Shown one piece after another: positions 14,804 through 24,968 of a stretch of DNA of 54,918 nucleotides. This DNA comes from Candidatus Zixiibacteriota bacterium. GTDB taxonomy: Bacteria; RBG-13-66-14; B26-G2; WVWN01. Each line of letters starts with the position of its first letter. Positions within the stretch are counted from its first letter, which is position 1. The notes under the pieces were generated by a model, which saw only the letters and a list, made by a program, of their open reading frames with translations, had not been told where the DNA came from and made no database searches. The stretch spans positions 1-54,918 of the forward strand of contig JASFLY010000020.1 of the NCBI GenBank assembly GCA_050117845.1, in the 5' to 3' direction. A program made the translations under genes and the position numbers.

Positions 14804-15373
14804 TTATGTTTGGCCGCTTTCCGGCTCGCGGGCCGGGAGGCGATTGACGGCGCCGCAGACGATCCAGATCAACGCGGCGTCCAGGCATAATTGCGCCGAC
14901 TTCGCCGCTTGCGCCACGAAGAACAGGACAAGGTTGTCGCCGTAGAAATCGACCTTCCAGAAGTGGCCGGGGTTGACGAATACCATCGCCACCGTGAAGA
15001 CGCAATATATGGTGAAAAAGGCGGCGTCCAGCGGCGGTACGTTCAGGCGGCGCTCCCGGGCGTAGCGGTTGTAGGCCTTGGGCCAACCTCGCACCGCCCG
15101 GAAGAGCCAGTAGAGGCTGAATATCGGGATGAGCAACGGTATCGCCATCCAGGCCGGGTTGAATTTAAGCTTCTCGTCCGATAAGGCGCTCCAGGCCCGG
15201 TACCAGAAAAGGATGAATATGGCGAACGCGTATAACGACGCGATCATGCTCCAGTTGCGGAAGGGCGTCGGGTCCAAACCGAAGAATTCCACGTTCGTGA
15301 AGATCGTCGCCGCGGTAAAGGCCGCCGGCGCGCCGACGATGGACGTTAAATAAAAAGCTTTGGACATTCTCAT
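14804..15373 (-). CDS. Membrane protein, paralog of 3199-3831
   Basis: SKAFYLTSIVGAP, FWYRAW, CGAVNRLPA..PESG; ATG overlaps the nfo stop (ATGA). Confidence 0.7.
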   Translation of the reverse strand: MRMSKAFYLTSIVGAPAAFTAATIFTNVEFFGLDPTPFRNWSMIASLYAFAIFILFWYRAWSALSDEKLKFNPAWMAIPLLIPIFSLYWLFRAVRGWPKAYNRYARERRLNVPPLDAAFFTIYCVFTVAMVFVNPGHFWKVDFYGDNLVLFFVAQAAKSAQLCLDAALIWIVCGAVNRLPAREPESGQT

Positions 15374-16244
15374 ACTACGGGCTCCCGGGGTTTGCGGAGT
15401 TTCCTGATAGCGTTCAGGTTCTTCCGGTCCCAACCCTCCCGTTGCGGCGTCTCGAGCACCATGGGGACGTCACGCAGGGCCGGGTGGTTTACGATACGGC
15501 GGAAGCCCTCCCGGCCTATCGTCCCGTGGCCTATGTTCTCGTGGCGGTCGAGGCCCGCGCCGGCCTCGGCCCGGGCGTCGTTGAGGTGGAGGAGGCGAAT
15601 CGCCCCCGGGCCGAAACCGTTTTCCGCCTCGTCGAGCAGGCGGTCCAGGCCATCGCCGGCGGGGGAGAGGTCGTAGGCCATGACGTGCGCGTGGCAGGTA
15701 TCGACGCACAGCGCGACCCGCTCCCGTACTCGTTTCCCCATCGATTTATATATGGTCCCGAGTTCGGCGAAACCCGTACCCACGGCGTTCCCCTTCCCGA
15801 CGGCGTTTTCCAGCAGGACCGTGACGCCGGCCGTGGCCTTGACGGCCCGCGATATCGCCCGGGCCACGCGGCGCCGCCCCGCCGCGGCGCCCGCGCCGAG
15901 GTGGCTTCCCATATGCGTGACGAGATAGTGGCCGCCCAGCCGGCCGGTCCTTTCCAGCGCGTCGGTCAACGCGGCCGCGGACTTCTCGTACGTTTCGTCG
16001 TCGGGCGAGGCGAGGTTGGGGAGGTAGGGCATATGGACGAAGAAGTCGTCGAAGCCGAGCCGCGCCGCCTCGTCGCGGAAACGCGCCGCGTCCTCGTCCG
16101 TGAGGGTTTTTTGGCGCCAGCCTCGGGGTTGGACGGGAATATCTGGAAGGTCGTACAGGCCAGGTCGGCGGCCCGGCCCGGCGCGCGGTATATGGCCCCC
16201 GCGATGGAGACGTGGACGCCCAGTTTGAATTCGTCGTCCGGCAC
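15370..16244 (-). pseudogene. nfo: Endonuclease IV, frameshifted near 16125 (real lesion or sequencing error)
   Basis: LGVHVSIAG...FQIFPSNP in one frame; HMPYLPNLAS, LLEN, DTCH, HLND, DRHENIG and LETP in another. Confidence 0.88.
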
Positions 16245-16260
16245 TCGGCCTCGATAAAAT

Positions 16261-16282
16261 AAAAGCCGCCCGGGGGGCGGCT
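16261..16282 (-). terminator. Terminator after secG
   Basis: AGCCGCCC...GGGCGGCTTTT on the minus strand. Confidence 0.7.
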
Positions 16283-16299
16283 GATTAGGTTTCGCGTCG

Positions 16300-16716
16300 T
16301 TATTCGGGAGCCGGGGCGGGTTCCTCGGCCGGTTCGGCCGTGGTTCCCGCCGGCGCCTCGGCCGGCGCCGTTCCCTCGGCTGGTTTCGCCGGGGTTTTGG
16401 CCGGAGCCTTGGGCTTGGCGGGCGTCGTTTCCTCGGTCTTCTTGCCGTCCATAATGGAGCGGCCGCCCCGCGGCATGGACGACAGCTTGGCCAGCACGAG
16501 CGACGTCACCATGAACATGATGGCCGCGACGGTCGTCATTTTCGCCAGGAAGGTCCCGGGGCCGCGGCCGCCGAAGAACGACTCCGAAGCGGCGCCGCCG
16601 CCGCCGAAGACGCCCGAGAGGCCGGCGCCCTTGCCCGTTTGAAGCAGGACCACGGCGATCATCGCCACCGCGAAAATTATATGCGCGACTATCATAATAA
16701 TATGTATTATTCCCAT
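16300..16716 (-). CDS. secG: Preprotein translocase subunit SecG
   Basis: VLLQTGKGAGLSGVFGGG, FL.KMT, two TM helices, Pro/Ala-rich tail; follows tpiA. Confidence 0.93.
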   Translation of the reverse strand: MGIIHIIMIVAHIIFAVAMIAVVLLQTGKGAGLSGVFGGGGAASESFFGGRGPGTFLAKMTTVAAIMFMVTSLVLAKLSSMPRGGRSIMDGKKTEETTPAKPKAPAKTPAKPAEGTAPAEAPAGTTAEPAEEPAPAPE

Positions 16717-16774
16717 TTCTGACTCCTTCGCCGGGAATATAACATATTCCCGGGGCCGCCGTCAAGTTCGGCCG

Positions 16775-17536
16775 TTAATCCTGAAACCTGATTATCGGTA
16801 CGAACGCCTCGGCCTTCAGGCTCGCGCCGCCCACCAACGCGCCGTCGATGTCCTCTTGTGCCATGAGGTCCCGCACGTTGTCCGGTTTGACGCTGCCGCC
16901 GTAGAGGATCCGAGTCGCCGCGGCCACGTCGCCGCCGTACAGCTCGTCCAGCTTTTCCCGGATAATGGCGTGGGCTTCCCCGGCGGTCTCGGGCGTGGCG
17001 GTCTTGCCGGTGCCGATGGCCCAGACGGGCTCGTACGCCACCGTGACGGAGGCCATTTCGCCCGCGGCCACGCCGTCCAGCCCCGCGGCCACCTGGCCGC
17101 AAACGAGGTCTTTCCACCCGTCGCCGGCCTCGCGCTCTTCGAGCTTCTCGCCCACGCATAGAACGGCCTTGAGGCCGAAGGCGAGGGCGGCCCGCACCTT
17201 TTTATTTACCACGTCGTCCGTGTCGCCGAAGAACTGGCGGCGTTCGGAGTGGCCCGCGAGTACGTATTCCACGCCGGCCGCGACCAGCATCGGCGGCGAT
17301 ATTTCGCCCGTGAACGCGCCCTTCTCTTCGTAGAAGACGTTCTGGGCGCCCAGCTTGACGGGCGAGCCCGAAAGCTCTTCGGCCAGGGCGACCAGGCCGG
17401 TGTAGGGCGGGCAAAGCAGAACGTCGACGCCTTCGGCGCCCGCCGCGCCGTCGCGTATCGCGGCGGCGAGGGCCCGGCCTTCGTCCGCGGTGGTGTGCAT
17501 TTTCCAGTTGCCTGCAATGAGTGGGGTCCTGGGCAT
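16775..17536 (-). CDS. tpiA: Triosephosphate isomerase
   Basis: AGNWKM, GHSERR, AYEPVWAIGTG, YGGSVKP, LVGGASL. Confidence 0.99.
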   Translation of the reverse strand: MPRTPLIAGNWKMHTTADEGRALAAAIRDGAAGAEGVDVLLCPPYTGLVALAEELSGSPVKLGAQNVFYEEKGAFTGEISPPMLVAAGVEYVLAGHSERRQFFGDTDDVVNKKVRAALAFGLKAVLCVGEKLEEREAGDGWKDLVCGQVAAGLDGVAAGEMASVTVAYEPVWAIGTGKTATPETAGEAHAIIREKLDELYGGDVAAATRILYGGSVKPDNVRDLMAQEDIDGALVGGASLKAEAFVPIIRFQD

Positions 17537-17585
17537 TTATCGGCTCTCCAATCCAATTGCGCGGGGAAACCCGCGCCGGCTCACA

Positions 17586-17921
17586 TTAGCCGCGTATCAT
17601 AATGAGTAACATTTTAAACCGGTCCACCGCGCGCAGGGCGTGCGGCCTGCCGGCGGGCATGACGATGAAGTCCCCGGCGGCCAGGTGGTAGGGTTTGCCG
17701 TCGATGCTTATTTCGACCTCGCCCTCCGGGATGTATACCAGCGCGTCGAAGGGGGCCGTATGTTCGCTGAGGCCCTGGTCCCGGTCGAACGCGAAGAGCG
17801 TCACGGTGCCGGGGTCCTTTTTTATCAGCGTCCGGCTTACGACCGCGCCTTCCTGGTAGTCGACCAGTTCGGCGAGGCGTAAACCTTCGCGAGTATAATC
17901 GGCAATTTTATCGGCGTCCAA
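17586..17921 (-). CDS. Cupin domain protein
   Basis: TLFAFD...LSEHTAPFDA...MPAGRPHALRA. Confidence 0.9.
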   Translation of the reverse strand: MDADKIADYTREGLRLAELVDYQEGAVVSRTLIKKDPGTVTLFAFDRDQGLSEHTAPFDALVYIPEGEVEISIDGKPYHLAAGDFIVMPAGRPHALRAVDRFKMLLIMIRG

Positions 17922-18111
17922 AACCTACCCCTTTTTTATAAGATAAAGTTAATCAAATCCCCGGAAAACGGCCCCGCGGGCCGGCAGTAATATAATTAAA
18001 ACGCGCCCCGTTTTCAAGTTAAAAACCGAATACGCTTTATTTTATTCCCAAACGCGGCGATATGGGTTATATTCCCACTTTAACCGACGCTCGTTGCCCG
18101 ACCCGCCGCAG

Positions 18112-20481
18112 ATGGTTTTTTACCCCAAAATAGAGATTCCGGGCCGTAACCTCCAGGCCGAACTCGAACTCGCGGACGCGCTGACGGTCGACCCGGCGCT
18201 GGCGCAGGTCCTGTACGTCCGGGGCGTGCGCGACGCCGACGCCGCCCGGGATTTCCTCTACCCGGACGGCGGGGCGGTTACGCCTCCCGAAGATTTCGAG
18301 GATTTGGGAAAGGCCGCCGACCTGATACTGCGCGTATGCGGGAAAGCCGGGGCCAGGGTCTTCGTCGCCGGCGACTACGACGTCGACGGCCTTACGGCTA
18401 CCGCACTCCTGGTCCTGGTCCTGCGGCAGCTCGGCGCCGACGTCGAGTACTACATCCCCAACCGGCTGACGGAAGGGTACGACCTTACGGCCGACACCGT
18501 CGCCCGGGCCGAGGCCGCCGGAACGGAACTGTTGATAACCGCGGATTGCGGCAGTCGCGCGAGCGAGGCCGTGGCGGAATGCCGCCGCGCCGGGATGGCC
18601 GTCGTCGTGACCGACCACCACCGCCTGGCCGAGACGCTCCCTCCCGCGGACGCGGTGGTCAGCTCCCAGCGATTGCCGCAGGGCCACCCGGCCCGGGACT
18701 TCGCCGGCGTCGGCGTGGCGTACAAGCTGGCGGAGGAGGTCATCCGCCGGGGCGGCCTGGACCTCGAGCCGCGGACGCTGCTTCCGCTGTTCGCGCTGGG
18801 GACCGTGTGCGACGTCGTCCCGCTCGGCGGGGAGAACCGCACGCTCGTCGCCGCCGGCCTGCGGGAATTTCCGGGGAAACCTTTCCGGGGCCTGGCGGCG
18901 CTTATGGCCGAGACCGGTACCGAGACGCCCTTGCGGTCGTGGCACCTGGCCTTCGTAATAGGGCCGCGGCTCAACGCGGCCGGCCGGCTGGGCCACGCCG
19001 ATTACGCCCTCGAGCTGCTTCTGGCCGAGGACGAGGGCCGGGCGCCCGGCCTGGCCCGAAAGCTGGAGGAGTTCAACCGAAAGCGGCGCAAACTCGAGGA
19101 CGAGGTGGCCGGCCCGGCCCGCGAGGAGGGGGCCGCCCGCGTGGCGGCCGGGAGGCGGGCGATAGTGCTCGCCGGTTCCGGGTGGCACCCCGGCGTCATC
19201 GGCATCGTGGCCTCGCGCGTTGTGGAATCCTTCAACCGACCCACGGTCCTCATCGCCGTCGACGGCGAGACGGGGCGGGGTTCGTGCCGGAGCATTCCCA
19301 CCTTCGATATCCACCGGGCCCTCGACGCCGCGAGCGATTACTTGATCCGCTACGGCGGCCACCGCCTGGCGGCGGGTTTCGAGATAGCGACCGAGAATAT
19401 CCCGGCGTTCGCGTCGGCGCTGGAGGACTACGCCGCGGAGCATCTCGACGACGAGGCCTTGCGGCCCGTCGTCCGCGTAGACGGGGCGTTCCCGCTTAAC
19501 GGCGTCAACGCCGGCCTGGCCCGCGACCTCGATTTATTGGAGCCCGTGGGCCGGGACAACCCCCGCCCCAGCTTCTATACGGAGACCTACGTCGACGAAC
19601 AGATGCAGCGCGTTTTCAAGAACGCCCACCTCGAGATATCGGCGCGGGCGGGAGCGGCCAAGGTCCGGGCGGTGGGGTTCAACCTCGTGAACGGCGGCAA
19701 CGGCCTGGACGCGGGCGAGTACGGCCTGGTGCATACGCCCCTCATCGAGCGATGGCAGGGGCGGGAGCGGGTGGAATTGCGGCTGGACTGCGTCGTTCCG
19801 GCGGGGGCCGGCGGCCCTGCCCGGGCCGAGCAGGTCGCCGTATTCGACCGGCGCGGCGAAAAGCCGGCCGACGTCCTGCGGGAGTTCAAACCGGACACGG
19901 ACGCGCTCTACGGCTTGCCCGAGCAGGAGGCATTGGCCGGCGGCGGCGCGTACCTGGAATATATGGGGAGCGTGGCCCCCCGGCGGCGGTGGTTCCGCGT
20001 CTGGCTGGCCGCCCCTCCCGGGGACCCGCACCGCCTGGCGGCGTTGTGCGCCGCCGCGGAGGAACTGGTCTTCGCGTTCGGCGAGGCCGAGGCGCTGGCG
20101 GCCAAGGAATTCCTGGGCCGCTATTACCCGGGCCGGGAGCGTCTGGCCCACGTGTTCCGTGACCTGCGCGAAAACGGGCCGCGGGAAATCGAGGGGATGG
20201 AACGGGGCGACCGGCGGGCCGTCGAGATATTCCGGGAGCTGGGCCTGGCCGACGTGAGCGGGGGAGAGGTCACGGTGTGCGACGCCCCGCCGTCGGAAGG
20301 GGGGCCGGGCCGCGTCAGCCTGGACGAGTCTTCCCTCTTCGGCCGGTGCGAACGCCGCCGGGACGCGGCCGAGGAGTTTATCTCCGGCCTGTGCCGCTGG
20401 TCGGAGGCGACGCTCCGGGAGCTTATGAGGGACGTCTCGGCCTCGGCAGGGGTCTTGACATTGCCTCCCGAAATTAATTAA
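18112..20481 (+). CDS. recJ: Single-stranded DNA exonuclease RecJ with C-terminal extension
   Basis: GDYDVDG, ITADCG, TDHH, GPRLNAAGRL, GSCRS, GGH.LAAG; start 18094 or 18112. Confidence 0.96.
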   Translation: MVFYPKIEIPGRNLQAELELADALTVDPALAQVLYVRGVRDADAARDFLYPDGGAVTPPEDFEDLGKAADLILRVCGKAGARVFVAGDYDVDGLTATALLVLVLRQLGADVEYYIPNRLTEGYDLTADTVARAEAAGTELLITADCGSRASEAVAECRRAGMAVVVTDHHRLAETLPPADAVVSSQRLPQGHPARDFAGVGVAYKLAEEVIRRGGLDLEPRTLLPLFALGTVCDVVPLGGENRTLVAAGLREFPGKPFRGLAALMAETGTETPLRSWHLAFVIGPRLNAAGRLGHADYALELLLAEDEGRAPGLARKLEEFNRKRRKLEDEVAGPAREEGAARVAAGRRAIVLAGSGWHPGVIGIVASRVVESFNRPTVLIAVDGETGRGSCRSIPTFDIHRALDAASDYLIRYGGHRLAAGFEIATENIPAFASALEDYAAEHLDDEALRPVVRVDGAFPLNGVNAGLARDLDLLEPVGRDNPRPSFYTETYVDEQMQRVFKNAHLEISARAGAAKVRAVGFNLVNGGNGLDAGEYGLVHTPLIERWQGRERVELRLDCVVPAGAGGPARAEQVAVFDRRGEKPADVLREFKPDTDALYGLPEQEALAGGGAYLEYMGSVAPRRRWFRVWLAAPPGDPHRLAALCAAAEELVFAFGEAEALAAKEFLGRYYPGRERLAHVFRDLRENGPREIEGMERGDRRAVEIFRELGLADVSGGEVTVCDAPPSEGGPGRVSLDESSLFGRCERRRDAAEEFISGLCRWSEATLRELMRDVSASAGVLTLPPEIN

Positions 20482-20534
20482 AATATCGACCCTTAATTTA
20501 TAAGCGCCCGCGCGGCGCGGGCGGTAAAACGACT

Positions 20535-20981
20535 ATGATACGCATCGCATCCGTTCATCCCGATATTATCGCCGAGGCGCGATTGAAACTCGGCGCCCCG
20601 CGATACAACGCCGAGTGGATTGAACTCTTCAACGCCGGTGGCAAGGCCGCCGACGTGTATCGCTACTTCGTCGTGAACGGCCGGGGCGACGGCTTCACTA
20701 TAAGCCTTCCCCGCAGGAAGTCCCTTATCCTCGGGCCTTATCAATCGCTCGTAATATTCTCCGGGCACCCCGACAACCCGGCGGACCCGGCGCTTTGTTA
20801 CCTGGCGAACCAGGCGACGAGACTCTTCCTCAGCAGGGACTCCTATTTCTGGGACCCGGACGAGGATACCGCCGCCCTGTATTCCTCCCGCGAAGTGTAT
20901 AACGATAACCCGGACAATTACGTCGACCTCTACGCCTACAAGCGCCGGTCGGCGAAGGTCGTGATTAAGCGTAATCCATAA
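20535..20981 (+). CDS. Lamin-tail-domain-like protein
   Basis: NAEWIELFN, L.P...LVIFSG, W..D.D.A.L pattern; upstream TTGACA-18 nt-TAAAAT (20455-20484). Confidence 0.65.
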   Translation: MIRIASVHPDIIAEARLKLGAPRYNAEWIELFNAGGKAADVYRYFVVNGRGDGFTISLPRRKSLILGPYQSLVIFSGHPDNPADPALCYLANQATRLFLSRDSYFWDPDEDTAALYSSREVYNDNPDNYVDLYAYKRRSAKVVIKRNP

Positions 20982-20994
20982 TGGAGGTTCGTAC

Positions 20995-22140
20995 GTGTCT
21001 ATAAATTTACCGGAGGGGTTAGAAGACGTCGAGGCCGTGCGCCGTCGTCTGTACCGCGAGAAACGCGCGCAACTGGAACAGCATCTGGAGGTCCCCGTCC
21101 TCCTGTACTGGGGCAAATGGGAAGGGCCGAACATCCGGGCGCTCACGCTGGCCGAGGATTTCACCCGGCCCACGTTCCTTCTGTGTATTCCCGGCGGCGA
21201 GACGGTCGCCTTCGCGCAGCAGATTGAAACGGACGAATTGCGGCCGCTGGCGGAGGAACTGGATATCCACGCCTACGGGCCGGTATCGGAACTCAAGGAA
21301 CTCTTGACGGCGCACGTCGGGAAATTCGACGAGGTGGCCGTCGAGGCGTCCCGGGACTTCTTCGGCCTGGACCGGCTCCCGCCCCACTACTACGAGTTCG
21401 TTTCGTCGCTCGCCGCGGTCCGCTCGGCCGACGATATACTCCTGCCGTTCCGTTCGGTGAAATCGCCGACCGAATTGGCGCTTATGAAAGCGGCGTGCCT
21501 CGTCACGATGCCCGTTTTCGACGAACTCGAACGCAAGGTCGTCCCCGGCGTCGCCGAGGCGGAGTTGTTGGATTTCCTGTTGCACCACACCATAGACGTC
21601 GCCGACGGGACGGCGTTCCCTCCCTTCGTCGCCTCGGGGCCGCGTTCCCAGCACCCCCATCCCCAACGGCGTAGCACGCGCAAGGTGGGGGCGGGCGATC
21701 GGGTGATCGTGGACTACGGCGTTAGTTACCGCGGCTACAAATCTGACGTGACGCGGACCTTCATCGCCGGCGGCGACCCCGAAGGCGATCCGTACTACGA
21801 GATAAGCGTCAAATTAATCGAGATCCTGCGGGGCATGGATTTATCGGAGGCGACGCCGTACGACGTGGGCCGGGAAGTGGCCGCGGCGGTCCGGGACGCC
21901 GGCCTGAGCGACCGCGAACGGCACGGCTACGGCCACGGCCTGGGCGTGGAGACCCACGATCCCCATCCGTATATCGTGGGCGTCCCGATGCCCTGGACCG
22001 ACCGGCGTTTCGAGGACGGGATGGTGTTCACCTTCGAACCGGGGTTCTACGACGATACGGGAGGGTTCCGCCTCGAGGATGATTACGTCGTGTCGGGCGG
22101 GCGCGCGGTGCCTATGCAGGAGTTCGAGCTGCCGACGTAG
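20995..22140 (+). CDS. M24 family (Xaa-Pro) aminopeptidase
   Basis: RSVKSPTE, DYG...YKSDVTRT, HGYGHGLG..THD, TFEPGFY, GFRLEDD. Confidence 0.92.
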   Translation: MSINLPEGLEDVEAVRRRLYREKRAQLEQHLEVPVLLYWGKWEGPNIRALTLAEDFTRPTFLLCIPGGETVAFAQQIETDELRPLAEELDIHAYGPVSELKELLTAHVGKFDEVAVEASRDFFGLDRLPPHYYEFVSSLAAVRSADDILLPFRSVKSPTELALMKAACLVTMPVFDELERKVVPGVAEAELLDFLLHHTIDVADGTAFPPFVASGPRSQHPHPQRRSTRKVGAGDRVIVDYGVSYRGYKSDVTRTFIAGGDPEGDPYYEISVKLIEILRGMDLSEATPYDVGREVAAAVRDAGLSDRERHGYGHGLGVETHDPHPYIVGVPMPWTDRRFEDGMVFTFEPGFYDDTGGFRLEDDYVVSGGRAVPMQEFELPT

Positions 22141-22183
22141 TGGCTATCCTTCCGGCCCGGGCTGAAGTCGGGGAGGAGTAGGC

Positions 22184-24202
22184 GTGTTGCCGTCCTGCGG
22201 TAATACCTTACAACCGTTACTTATAGCCGTTATCGCCGGCGCGTCGGCCGGCGTCTGCGCCTGGAGATTGAAGCGCGTATCCCCGGGCGACGGAAAAACC
22301 CCCTCCCGGCTGGCGTGGACGCTGGCCGGGGTTTTCTTCGCCGTTTTTGTGGCGTGCGCGCTGGCGCGTTTTTACAACCTGGGTTACTGGTGTACGGACC
22401 TGGGGGAGTACGGCAACCTGGCTTATAACACCGGCCACGGCCGGTTATTCATCCACTCGTACAACGGCGTCGAGATTCGTTTCGCCCATTGCGCGCCGAT
22501 GCTGTTCCTCCTGGCCCCGCTGGCGTACGTATTCCCCGAACCCGTCTACGTCGTGGTTATCGTCGTCGCGTCGTCGGCCGCGATTATCCCACTCATATAT
22601 TATTTCGGGGCGACCCGCGGCGCCCGCTGGGCGGCGCTGGCGCTGGCTGCCTCGTATGCGTTGTCCACGTACGTCCACGGCGCGACGCTGTACGAGAACC
22701 CGTTCCGGCCCGTCGGGGCGGTTCTCCTTATGGGCGCGCTGCTGCTGTTCACGCGGCGCCGTTTCGCGTGGGGGGCCGCGTGCACCGTCCTGGCCGCCAC
22801 GGCCTCGGAGGAGATAGCGGTATACGCCGTCGTCGTCGCGGCCCTGAGTATTTGGCTGACTCGGCGGCGCCTCGCCGGCGTAATACTTACGGCCGTTCTC
22901 GCCGTATATGCCGCCGTCGTTTGTTTTTACCTCTACCCGAAACTGGCGTTCGGGTACGCCGTCTTGCCCAACCTCTCGTCCTACGTCCGCGGCGTCCGGG
23001 AAGCGGGTTTGACGACCCTCGTCGAGGCCAAGGGCGTAATCCCTCTTTCCCCGCGCCTCTGGTATTTCGTGACGGCGCTCGCCCCCGTGGCGTGGTTTTT
23101 GCCGTTCGCCGGGTTGGCCCTCGCGCTGCTGCCCGCCCCCGCGGCGGTATTCGCGACCCACGATAACGCGAGCATAGTGCGCCACGGCTTCGGCTTCTCT
23201 TTCCAGTTTCTGCCGTTCGCGTACGCGGCGGCGGCTTTCGGCCTGCACCGCGTTTGCGCCCCGCTCCGCGTTTCGGCGCGCCGCTTCGTCCTGGTCGCCG
23301 GGAGCGTGACGGCCGTCGTCTTCCAGGTAGCGTTGATAGCCGGGCCCTACCGGCCCTGGTACGTCGGCATGTATCGGGAGGCGCGGCCGTCGTACCACCG
23401 CCTCGGCGTGCTCGCCGGGATCCGCCGGTTGCCGCCGGACGTATCGTTGTCGGTGGACCGGGTGGCGTTCGCGATGGTGGCCCACCGGCCCGTCGCGACG
23501 CTGTTCCCGCACGGCCTGGGATTGGGCGGCCTGGCGCCGGTCGAGGGGATTTTCCTCGACCGCGACTTCCACCGGGCCCGGATGATGCCCTGCGACCTGG
23601 GCCGCCTCCGGGCCGCCGGGTATTACCCGGCCGAGGTGACGCGGGACTACGCCTATTTCACGCGACGGCCGGGGCCCTTCACGTACGAGGACGTTTGGGA
23701 CTCGTGGTACGGGTCCATCAGCGAGTCCAACTTCCTCGATGCCGACGGGTACCGTCGGCCCCGCCGCGACGCCGCGGCTCCTTTGGACGGCGTCGTTTTG
23801 CCCGTACGCCGGGAGGCCTTCCTTTTGGATCACGGCCGTTACTTTTTCCCGCGGGGCTGGTACCGTCTCGACTTCGTCATGGCCGCCGCCGAGGAGGACG
23901 TAAAAACCCGGGCCACGTTCGTCGTCGAGGACCCGGACACCGGGGAAGTCCGGCGCTCGGTGGAGCGCCGGTGGGACGTCGGGGCCGGGGACGGTTACGG
24001 CGATTACATGGTGCGCTTCCGGCTGGGCCGGCCGTCGGCGCTGCGGATTACGGTCGACGGGACCGGCCCGTTTTTATTGGACGGCGTCCGCGTCTACAGC
24101 GGGGCGTATACGCTGGCGAGGGCCGAACGTCACCTGCCGTGGCCGTGGGGCACGGAGCTTTTCCGGGAAGACGGGCGGCGTGCCGGGTCCGGCTCGGACT
24201 GA
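22184..24202 (+). CDS. DUF2079-like integral membrane protein (GT-C-fold candidate)
   Basis: DLG.Y...YNT..G, H..P, EE motif, many TM helices, soluble C-terminal domain. Confidence 0.7.
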   Translation: MLPSCGNTLQPLLIAVIAGASAGVCAWRLKRVSPGDGKTPSRLAWTLAGVFFAVFVACALARFYNLGYWCTDLGEYGNLAYNTGHGRLFIHSYNGVEIRFAHCAPMLFLLAPLAYVFPEPVYVVVIVVASSAAIIPLIYYFGATRGARWAALALAASYALSTYVHGATLYENPFRPVGAVLLMGALLLFTRRRFAWGAACTVLAATASEEIAVYAVVVAALSIWLTRRRLAGVILTAVLAVYAAVVCFYLYPKLAFGYAVLPNLSSYVRGVREAGLTTLVEAKGVIPLSPRLWYFVTALAPVAWFLPFAGLALALLPAPAAVFATHDNASIVRHGFGFSFQFLPFAYAAAAFGLHRVCAPLRVSARRFVLVAGSVTAVVFQVALIAGPYRPWYVGMYREARPSYHRLGVLAGIRRLPPDVSLSVDRVAFAMVAHRPVATLFPHGLGLGGLAPVEGIFLDRDFHRARMMPCDLGRLRAAGYYPAEVTRDYAYFTRRPGPFTYEDVWDSWYGSISESNFLDADGYRRPRRDAAAPLDGVVLPVRREAFLLDHGRYFFPRGWYRLDFVMAAAEEDVKTRATFVVEDPDTGEVRRSVERRWDVGAGDGYGDYMVRFRLGRPSALRITVDGTGPFLLDGVRVYSGAYTLARAERHLPWPWGTELFREDGRRAGSGSD

Positions 24203-24427
24203 GCCCGCGATGTGCCGATTCCGCCCCGGGCCTTTCGTGAACCGAGGCCGGGGAGGGGGGTCTCGACGGGGTCACCGTCCTCGGGCCGCCCGTGCGTATG
24301 CGGCGATACGGCGTAATATTGGGTCGGGATATAATATTAAATAAATAGTGAGCAGTCATTTCGGGCGAAACCCGCGGACCTCGGCGTCTCCCGCGTGGCG
24401 TGACTGCTCCGACTTTAAACTTTTCGC

Positions 24428-24456
24428 TTGACATAAACTGCTCGTTGGGTTAGGTT
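24428..24456 (+). promoter_or_regulatory. sigma70-type promoter
   Basis: TTGACA-17 nt-TAGGTT. Confidence 0.65.
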
Positions 24457-24518
24457 TACATAGATTTAAGGCTCCCCAAGGACGGAACGAACGTCTAACC
24501 CATCCGGGAGGTACACGA

Positions 24519-24773
24519 ATGCCGTTCTACCAGCGCAAAGGCAGCAATACATTCCACACGCAACTTAAATGCTCGAAGGTTCCGAAGAACGTAAAGACGA
24601 ACGCGGACTGGACCACGCGCGCGTCGAAGCCTAAGGGTAAAATGTGCGTGGAGTGCGCGGCGAAGGAAAAACCGCCGGCCAAGCCGAAGAAGAAGGCTCC
24701 GAAGAAAAAGGCCGCGCCGAAGAAGAAAGCCGCGCCGAAGAAGAAAGCAAAGGCCAAGGGGAAGAGAAAATAA
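24519..24773 (+). CDS. Small basic protein with H/C-rich N-domain and histone H1-like KKKAAP tail
   Basis: SD GGGAGGT; FH...C...CxxC; Lys/Ala/Pro repeats; own promoter and terminator. Confidence 0.8.
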   Translation: MPFYQRKGSNTFHTQLKCSKVPKNVKTNADWTTRASKPKGKMCVECAAKEKPPAKPKKKAPKKKAAPKKKAAPKKKAKAKGKRK

Positions 24774-24800
24774 GCCACAGTCTTTCTGATTACGTTTTTT

Positions 24801-24828
24801 AGCCGAGGCCTTCCGCCTCGGCTTTTTT
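24801..24828 (+). terminator. Rho-independent terminator
   Basis: AGCCGAGGC-CTTCC-GCCTCGGCT followed by a T run. Confidence 0.85.
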
Positions 24829-24892
24829 GGGGGAAACGGGTTTGGGATTTTCGCTTGATTCGACGGCGACGCTGTGCTATAAGTACAGGGAA

Positions 24893-24968
24893 GGGCCTAT
24901 AGCTCAGTTGCGGTTAGAGCGCGCGCCTGATAAGCGCGAGGTCACAGGTTCGACTCCTGTTAGGCCCA
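24893..24968 (+). tRNA. tRNA-Ile (GAT)
   Basis: GGGCCTA acceptor stem, CTGATAA anticodon loop, GGTTCGACTCC; CCA not encoded; promoter 24855-24883; terminator near 24973-24996. Confidence 0.96.
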
